64,000 nucleotides of DNA from Eledone cirrhosa (Eukaryota), in NCBI GenBank assembly GCA_964016885.1, contig OZ024740.1, positions 157,852,001 through 157,916,000 on the forward strand, in the 5' to 3' direction. A program made the position numbers and the translations under genes. This document shows, piece by piece, positions 1 through 12,709 of this stretch; positions within the stretch are counted from its first letter, which is position 1; every line of letters starts with the position of its first letter. Below the pieces are notes generated by a model, which saw only the letters and a list, made by a program, of their open reading frames with translations, was not told where the DNA came from and did not search any database.

Positions 1-57
1 GTAACTATGCTAGAAAGCATGGCGTCCAACCCTCTACCGATACTGCCAATTCACCGC
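1..57 (-). mobile_element. tRNA-derived SINE (main family), 5' head, truncated by window edge
   Basis: Reverse complement matches the head GCGGTG(A/G)ATTGGCAGTATCGGTAGAGGG seen in complete copies such as 46629-46820. Confidence 0.75.
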
Positions 58-689
58 AACAATAATACCAACAACTACAAAATAGAAATAGCAGACAAAT
101 CCTCTTTAGATTTCACCTTACCATTTTACGAAAGAAAAGAATATATCTAAAAGGCAGAAAAGGAAAACAGTCTCATCATAGGCCTGCTCAATCAGAGCTG
201 TATTAGGGCTAAACAACAACAACAACAGCAACAACAGGAACAAAAATATCAGAGATTGATTCCATCTTGATACTGCAATGTTAAATGCACTTTGGAATCT
301 AGAAGAAACATATATATAAACACACAAACACACATACACACATACACAATGACTTATATACATGCACATAAACACTAACACTCATACACAGATACGCACA
401 TATTCACAAACACAAAAACTCACATACATGCACATACACACACATTGACCCAACGTACACTCACGCATGCGTAGACACAATACACACATGTACAGTAGCA
501 TATAAGCTGTCGTGTTTCCATAATTTGTTTTCCAGTAATATAATTGTTCTTTCGAATCGTTTCCATCAACGACAAACCATAATTACGATGAATTTCCCAT
601 TTAGATTACATCCATTCGTTAATGGCTCTCTATATGTGAGTATGTATGTATCTATGTATGCATGTATATATGTATGAGCATATATATAT

Positions 690-736
690 ATATATCAACA
701 CACACATATATATATATATGTGTGTGTGTGTGTATT

Positions 737-798
<62 letters not shown>

Positions 799-822
799 AT
801 ATGTATTTATGTATATATGTAT

Positions 823-910
<88 letters not shown>

Positions 911-970
911 ATTATATATATATATAATTGGTGTTGGATGCTTAAAGCGTTTGGTCGTATGAGCACTCGA

Positions 971-1003
<33 letters not shown>

Positions 1004-1020
1004 CAAGATGCATATATATA
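690..1020. repeat. (TA)n/(TG)n compound microsatellite
   Basis: Directly visible. Confidence 0.95.
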
Positions 1021-1423
1021 GATACTTCCATATGTGTGTGGGTGTATATGCGAGTGTGTGGTTCCGCAGATTGTCCAATAATTAGATCTTGAGATGAAAA
1101 CATACTAAAGTACATATTCTATTGGAGAGATAAAAGAAACATTGTAAAACATCTGTTCCACTCTATGCCATGTTCGTTTGCTTATTCGTTTAATCCTTTA
1201 TTCTTTTATTGGTTTCAGTCATTAGACTGTAGGAATACAGTGGCACCCATTCATTTAGTCGATTATTTCGATGTTAATCTTTATTTTTATAAACTTTTGT
1301 ATTTATTTTATCTATCACTTTTAGTGCAACCGTTAATTTACAGGACATGATCACACACACAGACATGTAGACGTAAATAACAACTCAAACACCCGCACAC
1401 ATACACAAACACACACACACATG

Positions 1424-1455
<32 letters not shown>

Positions 1456-1674
1456 ATTATATATATATATGGTACTATTAAGTTAGACTGGCCGAAACCA
1501 ATCAAAGTTATATATGTATAAGAGTTAACCTAATATATCGCTTCCATATACTGTACCGATTGTGTTGTTATTTCTGTTTAGCTTTTTGAAGTTTTGGTGG
1601 TTAACCACTGGATAGAACTGGTTATTCCGTATAGTTAACCATAATGTAGTAGTAGGAAAAGCACGCGCACACAT

Positions 1675-1761
<87 letters not shown>

Positions 1762-2289
1762 ATACATAAACAGAGAAAGCCTTAAGCTATACTCTGATTG
1801 GCAACTATCTCACTCAACAAACTTTAGGATATACCTTAGTATAATCCCAATTATATGTTTGGGGTGCTAACTATATGTATTTTGTGGAAAGCCAGCTGTA
1901 TTATTTTATATGAGATACAATTAAAATTTAAATATATATCTCTCTTTCCAAACAATTGTTTCATTATAAGTTTTTTACAAGTTGGGATAATGTATCCGGG
2001 TTATGTAAAAGCCAACATATATTTCCGTAAGGATACATGCAGGTGGGCACTTATAAATCATCAGTGGACGCCCGTCAAACATTGATACAAGAAAAAATTC
2101 CTTACCGATGTTATTTTTTGTGCCAGCTAACCATCTCTTCATGCAACATAATGAGCGCCAAATTTGAAATTCCAGCAGTCTCAGAAAGAGGAATTTCACA
2201 GCGTCACGAAGTGGAAAAGGGAGGTAATCGCGAAACACAAGAAAGTAAAATAAATAAATATATGTGTGGGGGGGGGGGGCATGTATAGA

Positions 2290-2671
2290 AGGTGTCTAAT
2301 TGGCAGAGTCGTTAGAACATCAAATAGAATACTTTGTGGTATTCGTTCTATCTCGCTGCGCTCTGAGTTCAAATCCCGCCGAAGTCAACTTTGCCTTTAA
2401 TACTTCCGAGGTCGATAAAAGAAGTACTAGCCCAGCACTGTGGTTGATTCCCCCTCTATATCACTGTCTTACTTCTCCCCCCCCCCCTCTCTCTCTCACT
2501 CTCTCTCTCTCTTTTTCTCTCTCTCTTCTTCTTCTTCTCTGTAATAAATTGGTTGTGTTCAGATTTGGACATGAGATGGGCTCCGCCAGGTTTTATAAAT
2601 GTCCAAGAAACGACGTATGTTACAATGGCATCCTCAAGACTGCATCGGGTGTTACGGGTCCATACATACAT
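2290..2671 (+). mobile_element. tRNA-derived SINE, subfamily with alternative 3' tail ending in (CATA)n
   Basis: A box TGGCAGAGTCG, B box GAGTTCAAATCC and shared core, then a tail ending GTTACGGGTCCATACATACA also found at 6840-6963. Confidence 0.75.
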
Positions 2672-2964
2672 GTATAAATATATATATTACATAATCCGTC
2701 ACAGGCTGCTGCAGGATGTGTTACACATTCAGGGCTGCGAAACACGTGTAAAAGATTAATAAATGAATCGTTTTAAATGATAATTCCACCGCTTCTGCAA
2801 TCATTTGTCATCGTTTGCCACCACCATCACCACCTCTCCGTCTCTCTCTCTCTCTCTATATATATATATTTTTAAACGATCGACTTTCGTCAAATCGGAC
2901 CGAGGAAACAATGTTTCCGTTGGTCTTTCCAGTTGCTAATACTATCTATCGGTCGCAACTCCAG

Positions 2965-3085
2965 GTAGAAGGAGCAACGTGAAATAAAGTGCCTTGCTCA
3001 AGGACATAACGCATCGTCCGGTCCAGGAATCGAACTCATAACCTCAAGATTGTGAATCCAATTCTCTAACCACTCAGCCACAGGC
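2965..3085 (-). mobile_element. Second tRNA-SINE family, 5' part
   Basis: Reverse complement has a tRNA-like head (GAGTTCGATTCC B box) and the GTCCTTGAGCAAGGCACTT core; related to 41670-42010 and 53200-53530. Confidence 0.65.
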
Positions 3086-3346
3086 ATTTTTGCCCAATAT
3101 AGGTCTGTTATTTTCCTTAATTTAATATTTAAAGTTAAGGATAACAAACTATATTGCTGTAGTTAGTATTTTTCACCCTAGCATATTTTGGTCCTTACGA
3201 TTCGATCACATGTATGTTTATATTAGTGTTCATCTCTCTTGTTTATTCAATTATATTATACGGTTCGAAAAAGCTTTTTTCTTAGATCTATTTAATTGTA
3301 AGAAACTACCCTGAGTTCTTAAAGCAATATATATATATATATATAT

Positions 3347-3450
3347 ATAGGAACCAGTAAGACCCCGACAGCTGAGCTCAAGCCGTTTCGACGGCTAATT
3401 CTGGACTGAAACGGCTTGAGCTCAGCTGTCGGGGTCTTACTGGTTCCTAT
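3347..3450. repeat. Perfect 43-bp inverted repeat (foldback) next to (TA)n
   Basis: 3347-3389 is the exact reverse complement of 3408-3450. Confidence 0.95.
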
Positions 3451-3526
3451 TACCCACTCTACTACCTCAAGTATTGAGTACTTTGGTGCGTTATGGTCCA
3501 CCTGGTTCCTTACCACATTTCCTTCG

Positions 3527-3574
<48 letters not shown>

Positions 3575-3615
3575 ATAATAATTACGAAGACCAAAATCCA
3601 AAGAGGGTTCGATAA

Positions 3616-3652
<37 letters not shown>

Positions 3653-3653
<1 letters not shown>

Positions 3654-4541
3654 GAGGTGTGTCAGAAAAGTTCCAGGACTCATGCCACAAAAGATTTATT
3701 TCAAACCCAAACTTCACACTAAGAGTTTTCTCCTTCAAAGTAATCCCCCTGGAGTATGTAACTGTAATCTTAGCTCTCTGCAGCGATGAAACTTTTTTCA
3801 TCATAATTTTATATACATGTCCTCTGTTTCAGGTCGTCAAGCAATGAGCACAGAGTAACGAACGGTTGGGGAAAACTCCGTCAGAAACACTGGGATTGCT
3901 GCAGCAAGTGTATGGAAATGAGACGATGTCACACTCGTGTGTTTTTGAGTGATGCAAGAGGTTTAAAGAAGGATGCGAGGACGTAGAAGATGACCCCAGG
4001 AGCGGAAGGCCCTCAAAAACCAAGACTGAGGTCAACGTTGAGCGCGTCTGGCAGATGTTGCGTAGCGATCGTCGGCTGACTGTTCGACTGATGGCAAATG
4101 AGCTGGGCATGAATTGGGACAGCGTCTGGAAGATTCTCACTGAAGATTTGGAAAGTCTGCGCAAAGATGGTGCCAAAACTGCTGAACGATGACCAGAAGG
4201 GTCGACGCATGCAAGTGTGCCAGGACATCCTCGAGCGTCTTGAAACCGAACCAGACTTGCTAGGGACAGTCATCACCGGTGATGAGTCATGGATGCTCAA
4301 GGGGGTCATCAAGAGTATCTATTTTGAAGACGTGGACGACATCAAAAAGGCCGTGACGACGGAACTGCGGAGGGTCCCGGAAGAATCCTTCCAGGAGTGC
4401 ATGAAAGCGTGGCAGAAAAAGATGGAAAAGTGCATTAGACTCCAGGGGGATTACTTTGAAGGAGAAAACTCTTAGTGTGAAGTTTGGGTTTGAAATAAAT
4501 CTTTTGTGACATCAGTCCTGGAACTTTTCTGACACACCTCG
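3653..4541 (+). mobile_element. Non-autonomous mariner derivative with ~103-bp TIRs and internally deleted transposase
   Basis: TIRs CGAGGTGTGTCAGAAAAGTTCC... at 3653-3755 and 4439-4541 (2 mismatches); TA flanks; transposase remnants EDDPRSGRP, VPKLL, TGDESW, GDYFE with stop and frameshift. Confidence 0.93.
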
Positions 4542-4651
4542 TATATATATATATATATATATACCAGTAGAGCAAATATTTATTATTAGTACAGATTAAA
4601 GCTTAAGCAAAGAATTTCTTCTTTCACCTTATTATGGGATCTTCTGAAAGA

Positions 4652-4820
<169 letters not shown>

Positions 4821-4983
4821 GTGTTGATTCAGTTCATCGCTACTCATCGATTTCCTCCATGGACGGTTGTTTCATGTCGAGTTGAATGCATACTGCTGGT
4901 AAAACACCGGTTAGACCTAGTTCATTGATCAAGAACACTAGGATTGTAGGATGTGGCTTGCCTTAATGAGTACTGTTATTACT

Positions 4984-5175
4984 GGTGGATTGGTAGTATC
5001 GGTAGAGGGTCGGACGCCATGCTTTCTAGCATAGAGTTATGCCCCTTTACAGTCTGAGTTCAAATCCCACCGACGTTAACTTTGCCTTTTATTCTTACGG
5101 GGTCGATAAAATGAAGTACCAGTAATGCACTGAGATAATTGCTGGCCTTGTGCCAAAAAGTAGAAATAGTTATTA
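4984..5175 (+). mobile_element. tRNA-derived SINE (main family)
   Basis: A/B boxes, core GTTAACTTTGCCTTT...GGGGTCGATAAAA, tail GGCCTTGTGCCAAAAAGTAGAAA. Confidence 0.85.
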
Positions 5176-5517
5176 CTGTCAGATACGTGCCTGTGACTTT
5201 ATTTACGTGAGTACTGTGTTTGTTCGGTCTATAAGAAGAGTACTGTAAAGTGGTCCTTTATAAATGATGACTTGAAATATTAGATCTTGAAATACTAGAT
5301 CTCACTTCTTGGGTTCAACGGAAATTGTTTGCCATTGAAGGACTTTCCTAAACTTTTATATATCCAACAACGGAATCAACTTGGGTCCCCTAAACAAACA
5401 TGTTTGCAATCAAGTAGACAAGTAATATTTGACGTCACTTGTTTTCTATCCAGCTTCAAACAGTGACAAAGAGCGCTTTATTGAAAAGTTCCAGTAAGGA
5501 ATTGGAAAAGTACAAAA

Positions 5518-5743
5518 TAATGGTTTCTGATTTAGGCACAAGGCCAACAATTTTGGGGGAGGGTGGAGTCAATGAAATCGACTCCAGTAGATTACTGGTA
5601 CTTTATCTTATAGACCCCTATAAGGATGAAAGACAAAGCTAACCTCGACGGGATTTGAACTCAAAATGTAACAAGCCGTAACTCTATGCCGCAAAGCATG
5701 TTGTCAGTCAGACGCTCTTCCTATACTGCCAATCCACCACCCT
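5518..5743 (-). mobile_element. tRNA-derived SINE (main family)
   Basis: Reverse complement of head, core and tail. Confidence 0.8.
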
Positions 5744-6657
5744 ATGAAATAATAGATATCCTCTAGACGAAAAGCGATGAATATATTCTTTTATTTTATT
5801 ATTCTGCATCACATTCAATATTGGTTAGAAAATCGATGATAGAAGTGTGGTACAGTCGACAACTACGAACGATTTTGTCACTATTATTGCCTTCAAACCA
5901 TAATCAAACAGAGAACAAACAGATAAACATTGCCAATAAATGATATATTGGCTGACCAATATTTGTCAGAGATTATCGAAATAAAACAAATGGATTCGTG
6001 GCACGATTACAAAGAAATCCAGTTCAATGTTACAGTGGGGTCAATAGAAATGTCACCAGAATCAGATTTGACTGTGAGCCTCACTGATTCCATTGTTAAC
6101 TAAATCTATATTGAATGATTTTATTAAGTGGTTGTAGTACGACATTAATATACAACAATCGTCGTCTCCACATGCCAATTCTGATGCAATAATTGCCACA
6201 ATTTACACAACTGGCACTGCAACTGCGCAGATCCATCAAGCAGCAACGAATTCCGGTGTGGTAGTCGCCATCGTCAATTAGACGTTAAAGATAAACAATT
6301 TATTGTTATTTAAATATGTATTAAAATGTTCTAAGTATCAATTAATACATACCTTATTTCTGTCTAAAATTCATCAAATTATATTATCATTTCGTGGTAT
6401 GCCACTCATTATAGTTGATTATTAGATTATAAGTTGAAGCGACCATTACCGTATTCACTAATTCAATTATTATTACGTCTTGTTTTTGTAATTATTTATC
6501 CGATATTATCCACACAAAATGTCGAAGTGAGTAGTGAATTTTAGTTGGCGTAATTATATTCCCTCTACTAATATATATATATATATATGGGGGGGGGGTG
6601 CTCGTTTGTGTGTGTATATGCATGTGTGGTGTATGTATGGCTGTATGTATGTAAGTA

Positions 6658-6963
6658 TAGGCGACGAATTATCAGAGTCGTTAGAATGTCGGATAGAATG
6701 CTTCACGGTATTAGTTCCGGCTCTCTGCTCTCTGAGTTCAAATCCCACCGAGGTCATCTTTGCTTTTCATCCTTTTGAAGTCGATAAAAGAAAAGTACCA
6801 GTCTAGTACTGGGGTCGATTCTTTCTCTCTCTGGAAGAGGTCTTCTGTTCTCAGGCCTGGGGAGGGATAGACTCCACCAGGCTTTAAAAAATGCCCAAGA
6901 AACACCGTATGTGAATACCGCGCCCCTACGACTCTATCAGGGGTTACGGGACCATACATACAT
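6658..6963 (+). mobile_element. tRNA-derived SINE, alternative-tail subfamily
   Basis: Same organisation as 2290-2671; ends GGGACCATACATACA. Confidence 0.75.
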
Positions 6964-7133
6964 GAATGAATGAACGTATTATGTATGTATGTGTATATGT
7001 ATATATGTATGTAAGCATGTATGTATGTATGTATGTATGTATGTATGTATGTATGTATGTATGTATGTATGTATGTATGTATGTATATGTATGTATGTAT
7101 GTATTTATGTATGTAAGCATGTATGTATGTATG

Positions 7134-7740
7134 TCAGGTCACCACTTGGTGCTACTGGTAACATGTATTCCAGTACAACCTGTCCCATGGTCGGGTCGTT
7201 GGCGACTAAACTGGCAACCCCATCAAGGTTTCTTGGTGAGGAGGGTGACTTTGGAGAACCTGCAGGACTAAAAACAAAACCTGTCAAAGGGCAAAGGAGC
7301 TCTTAAGAGTCAATGGCCATCCAAAATCACCGGAAGAGATGACCCCTTAGTCTTTGTCAAGGCAGAATTCTAGGAGAAGGAAAACTCTGATATAACACCT
7401 GCAACCCTGATGGTATCCAATGATGTTGACTTGTTCTTCTTTTTGGTAAATATCATCTTGGTTAAGAGAGTGGGACTGGCTTTGTGCAGTGCCTTTGCTC
7501 ACTATAAAAGCTTCACGGCACAGGCATTGCTTTATATCTGGAGATCTCTCTGCACTTGTCGTCACATGGTACCATGGGCCCAGCACTATGTGTCAGTAAT
7601 TGTCACAAGTGTAGTGTTTGTACCAGAGTTTTCAAGTCACTGGCTGGACTAAAAAGTCACACTCGTTCAGCGCATCGGTAGGGGTTCTCCTACATGGATA
7701 TAAAGTAGTGACCGTACTCGAAAACGAGTTGGCAGCCACC
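7134..7740 (+). mobile_element. 607-bp non-autonomous bipartite RTE-like retroelement, full-length copy 1, in (TATG)n
   Basis: Nearly identical to 35957-36563; RTE-type 5'UTR motif AGGAGAAGGAAAACTCTGA; 3' part encodes a C2H2-like remnant CSVCTRVFKSLAGLKSHTRSAH*; terminal stem-loop CTCG-AAAA-CGAG; (TATG)n on both sides. Confidence 0.8.
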
Positions 7741-7753
7741 ATGTATGTATGTG

Positions 7754-7785
<32 letters not shown>

Positions 7786-8619
7786 TGTATGTATGTATGT
7801 ATGTATGCATGTATGTATGCATGTATGTATGTATCTATTGTTAACTGTTATTCGCGCCAACTGCGTAGAATACGGTGTTCTGCGGAGGGAGGAATGTTTC
7901 GATTACTTGACATTACTGGAGTTTTCTTCATGCAGCTTTTAGATTATGTTTTCAAAAAAACACATAGAGTAGCCTTTGTCAAATAATTTCTTATATAATT
8001 GTTTCTACCTTTGTCACAAGGCCAGCAATTATCCCAGTACATTACTGATACTTTATTTTATCGACTCCGAAAGGATGAAAGGCAAAGTTAACCCTCAATT
8101 GATCGAAAGTTTTCAACACACTATATTATATTTATATTTTTTACATATTTATATTTTTTACATAGAAATCTTTCCAGACAGATGTTCCCTACAAGCTTAC
8201 TTTGCTTGAAGTTTCTAAGAACTTAAACATCTTGTACAGGGAGTGTATGTTTACTAATCGCATGGGTGATTTCCGTTAATCAATGTTCAACCTTCTATAT
8301 CACACAAGTGATACCCTAACAAGAACTGAATAGCTTACGTTACATAGAAAATGTTGCTTACTATATACACTTGAGTAATAACAAGTATTTCCATTGTGCT
8401 GGATGTTACTTATCTTGTCACTATATCCAAACACAAATTACGGTCTCTACGGTCAACGTCTATCACCCATAATCTATCTATAGTTGAAACCCAGCAGGCT
8501 GTGATCTCCCCTGTCTCTCGAGAGCTCTCCAATTTTATTTTATTGAACTGTGACATATCAATCAATCTGTCCTATTTAATGTTGTTATTCTGTATCCCCT
8601 ACTGAGAAACCACTATATT

Positions 8620-8747
<128 letters not shown>

Positions 8748-9961
8748 TCTGTGTGTGTGTGTGTGTGTAATAAAACATTAATTTTCTTCTTAGTAAATAG
8801 AAGTTGAATCTAATAAATTAGTGTGTTTGTCAATGAAGATTCATTGTGATTAGAAGGTTTGTGAGAGAATTTATAGTTCAATTAGTGAAATACTGAGTTG
8901 CGACGGTGAGAAGCGTGAGAGGGCGGAATAAATATAGACTGAACTAAATTATGCCAGCTGAACAGATACACACACACATACACACACATATATATACACA
9001 CGCACACTCACACACACGCGCGCACACACGCGCGCACACACGCGTATACACACACGTACACACATACACGCACGCACACACACACGCACACACGTACAGA
9101 CACACACACACGCACTCACGCAAGCACACACGCGCGCACACACACAGACACGCATGTATGTGTATATATAAGAGTAAAATAAAAATATCCGCTTTTTGCA
9201 GGTTATTTAACGTTTTTGTAAAGTGGATGTGTGTAACAAAAGGAAAGAAACAACTCACCAGTTAGCTGTGCTCAATGTGGTCGATGGAGTTGTGTAACAT
9301 AAATATCTTGATACGAGATATGTCACCGAGTATGGTACGAAGGTTCCAAGGAGGTTTCCTCTGAGTAATATGATATATACAGGATATCTGGAAAAACTAA
9401 CCAACATTTGTTGAAGTTCGAAGAAACATTTTTTTATACAATTGAGTCTCTAACACGTGTTTCGATGCAATTATGTAATCGCCTAAGAAACCTGAATTAT
9501 ACTTAATCTACTATCTTGCACTGCGTTGTTAAATACTGCATATTGTCATAGAGATTCGGAAGAAACTGAAATTAAGATGATGAGAGGACATGCTTATATA
9601 GTAAATTTATGCATGTACACAGATTCCTCATCGATGTATCTATGACCAAATATATTAGATAATTTACATATAAATTCAAACAAATGTACAAATATACATG
9701 AATACGTACAATACATCAGTGCACAAATTGAAGTGGTAGTAAGCAGCCCTGAAAGTACCCCATTGACTGTGTTAGTTGGTCATTAGAGGTAATGGGAGTG
9801 CAGAAATATAGTTTATGATAGGTCAGTTGCTACCCGTTGTGAAGCATAGTTCGCTAGGGGTGTGAGCCTGTCAAAATAGACAGGAAAGAGAATGTATTTA
9901 GGAAGAGGCGAAAATTAGTGAAATATATAAAATTTATGGGAAAAGAAGAAAGGAAGAAAAG

Positions 9962-10284
9962 TCTTTCTACTTTTGGCACAAGGCCAGCAATTACTCCAGT
10001 ACATTACTGGTACTTTATTTTATCGACCCCGTAAGGATGAAAGACAAAGCTAACTCAGAACGCAAAGGACCATAACTTAATGCTGCAAATCATGGTGTCT
10101 GACGCTCTACCGATACTGCTAATCCACCGCCTGTAGTTGATATTTATAATTGTTTCTACTTTTTGGCACAAGGCCATCAATTACTCAGTACATTACTGGT
10201 ACTTTATTTTATCGACCCCGTAAGGATGAAAGGCAAAGTTAACCTCGGCGGGATTTGAACTCAGATCATAAAGGGACGTAACTC
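9962..10284 (-). mobile_element. Two tandem tRNA-SINE copies (main family)
   Basis: Two reverse-complement tail/core units at about 9962-10131 and 10146-10284. Confidence 0.8.
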
Positions 10285-10645
10285 TGTTAGACTGGTTGGT
10301 GGCGCCAATGCGAGATGAGGAAAAAGAAGTAGATTGTTGACACGTTGAAATAAAAGGATATATGGCTGTAATAAATATGAGTTAATGTGGATGTGTATGG
10401 ATACTGGAATTATCCTGAAAATGGATGCAGAGATGTGGGATCGAGTGTTATATAGTTGTGATAGTTGGTAGTGTGTGTGTGTCCTGTAGATTATATATGC
10501 ATGTGTTGAGAATAATTAAGGTAATACGCTGTTGAGCCTATTACCTAATGGACAATGTAGTATAAGAACACTATAAGTTAATTGTGGTTGGGGACGTATG
10601 AAAGTAAGATGTGTGTATTGCCTAAGCTGGTGTTATAGAACATAT

Positions 10646-10820
10646 ATAATTGTTTCTACTTTTGGCACAAGGCCAACAATTATCCCAGTGCATTACTGGT
10701 GCTTTATTTTATCGATCCCGTAAGGATAAAAGGCAAAGTTAACCTCGGCGGGATTTGAACTCAGAATGGCAAGGGCCGTAACTCTATGCGTCAAAACATG
10801 GCGTCCGACCCTCTACCGAT
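10646..10820 (-). mobile_element. tRNA-derived SINE (main family)
   Basis: Reverse complement of consensus. Confidence 0.82.
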
Positions 10821-12709
10821 CGCATATATAATGTCGGTTAATCAGTGGTATAGAGGAAAGGTTGTCTAAATAAAGAGTAGAAGAATGTTGAGGATTGTGT
10901 TAGTATGGATGGTATTTTGAAAAGGTTTACAGAGTTCTATGCTGGCAATTAAAAACCGTTATTTACATTTGTCCGCTCACTCTCAAAGTGAAAATTCTTT
11001 ACATCTAACACGACAGATAAAATAATTTGCTTTTTGGATTCAGCTTTTGAAGTAGTCATTCTTATGAGGAATTGGGATATTCTTCACAAACGTGCTTAAA
11101 TAGTGTTTTTCCATTCGATGTTGTTAAGATACCAGTTAAGCTCAGTCTTCTGGGAGCAAAAAATATGAGAGAAAATAGAAGTATCCGCTTTTTGTAGGCT
11201 ATTTTATGTTTTTGTAAAGTGGATGTGCGTAACAAACGGGAAGAAACAAGTTACTAGTTGTACGTGGTCGATGAAGTTTCGTAACATAAATATCTTGATG
11301 ATACGAGATGCGTCCCCTAATATGGTACTTAGATTCCAAGGCGAATATAATACATTTAACCATAGATACATCGGTGAGGAATGTGTCTGTGTACGAGCAT
11401 AAAATTGCTACATAAGAATATCCTTTCATCAACATAACTTCAATTTAACAAAATAGTGGATTGCGTAGTAATTCAGGTTTCCTAGGTAACTACAGATTTG
11501 TGTTGAAACACATGTTACAAACTCTTTAACAAATGTATATATATATATATATATAGATATATATATATATATATGGGGGGGGGGGTATGTATGTGCTGTA
11601 TACACACACAGGGAAATATTAGGAGAAAGAGAATGAAGTTTGAGAAGAAAGTGAAGATATGAAAGATTTACATTTGCTTATCTTTACATTTTTTTCTCTC
11701 TCACTATCCATCTATCTACATACTATTTTATGGACGTGTAAGTTTCTTGCCACCCGCTCCCTTTCCCGTCATTTCTACATTTCTACATTTCCCTATTCTT
11801 TCTTTCCTTTTGTTTCCCTTTGTTTTTTTAGTTTACGATTGTGCTACTGGTAATGTGTCAATGCATGTTTCTATCTGTATGTGAATGCACCTTTGTGTAT
11901 GTATGCATGTTTACTTGTGTGTGTGTCAGTGAGTTTGTGTCCTTTTCTAATTTATGACCGTAGCATATAGATTTACGTAAATTGAACTGTTATTTCTAAC
12001 AGGTCGACCGACCACGCAAAGTCCTTCTCTTGGCGTTTCGAATTACATTTTGATGCTGTGTAACTTTAGCTAAACCTTGGTTGAACAAACCTATAACGCA
12101 TAACATTCAGTTGAGTCTATCTTGTCTTTTTTTGTTGTTGTTGTTTTTTTGTTTTTTTTCAGGAAGTACATTGATTTGAGGGAAAGCCTGAAAGTAACAT
12201 GGAAATCCATGAGGATTGACATAACATCTTTTGGAACAGTTTCTTCAAAAGAAGCCATTACAGCGCTTCATTTATAAAGACATAAAAAACCCGCAAGCGG
12301 TACAAATCCACACACCGAAAAAACCAAACGCGTGCTCTACAAGCCTGCTCAGCTGTCGTTTCAAATGATGCCACGTATTTTACATTTTTCACTCAGGTCG
12401 CTACGTCTGAACCAGACTCAAACTCATCAACCATTTATGGTTATATAAAACCAAACCAACAAAGCAACAAAGTAACCAACCTACAGATATATTTCTTTAT
12501 TTACCATAAAGGCATAAAAAGAAGGGACAAATACAAAGGGGGAAGTTTACATACAATCGAGTAAAAAAAGGGTGTAACATGAAAATAATCGAAAATAACC
12601 TCAAAAGGGAGGGGACGTGATGGGGGTTGCACACACCCTCGAAAAAGTGTGCAATCCTTTGCCCGGGGAGCACATGGAGAAGGTGCTCCCCTCTCCTTTA
12701 CTTCTTTAC

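Noticed and set aside
118-312. Possible minus-strand exon after TTCTTCTAG (FQSAFNIAVSRWNQSL...)
   Set aside because: Runs into a (TTG)n tract and repeat-like sequence; no recognisable domain
646-1078. Many ORFs rich in YI/CV/HT/MYVC here and throughout the window
   Set aside because: Translations of (TA)n, (TG)n and (TATG)n microsatellites, not genes
2037-2288. 83-aa ORF in unique-looking sequence
   Set aside because: No motif or convincing splice pair
6000-6290. More complex unique sequence, possible exon or UTR
   Set aside because: Short frames only and no homology I can recognise
7347-7652. Recurrent ~80-aa ORFs (MLGPWYH..., MVSNDVD...) in four places
   Set aside because: Conserved only because they lie in recent copies of the same repeat
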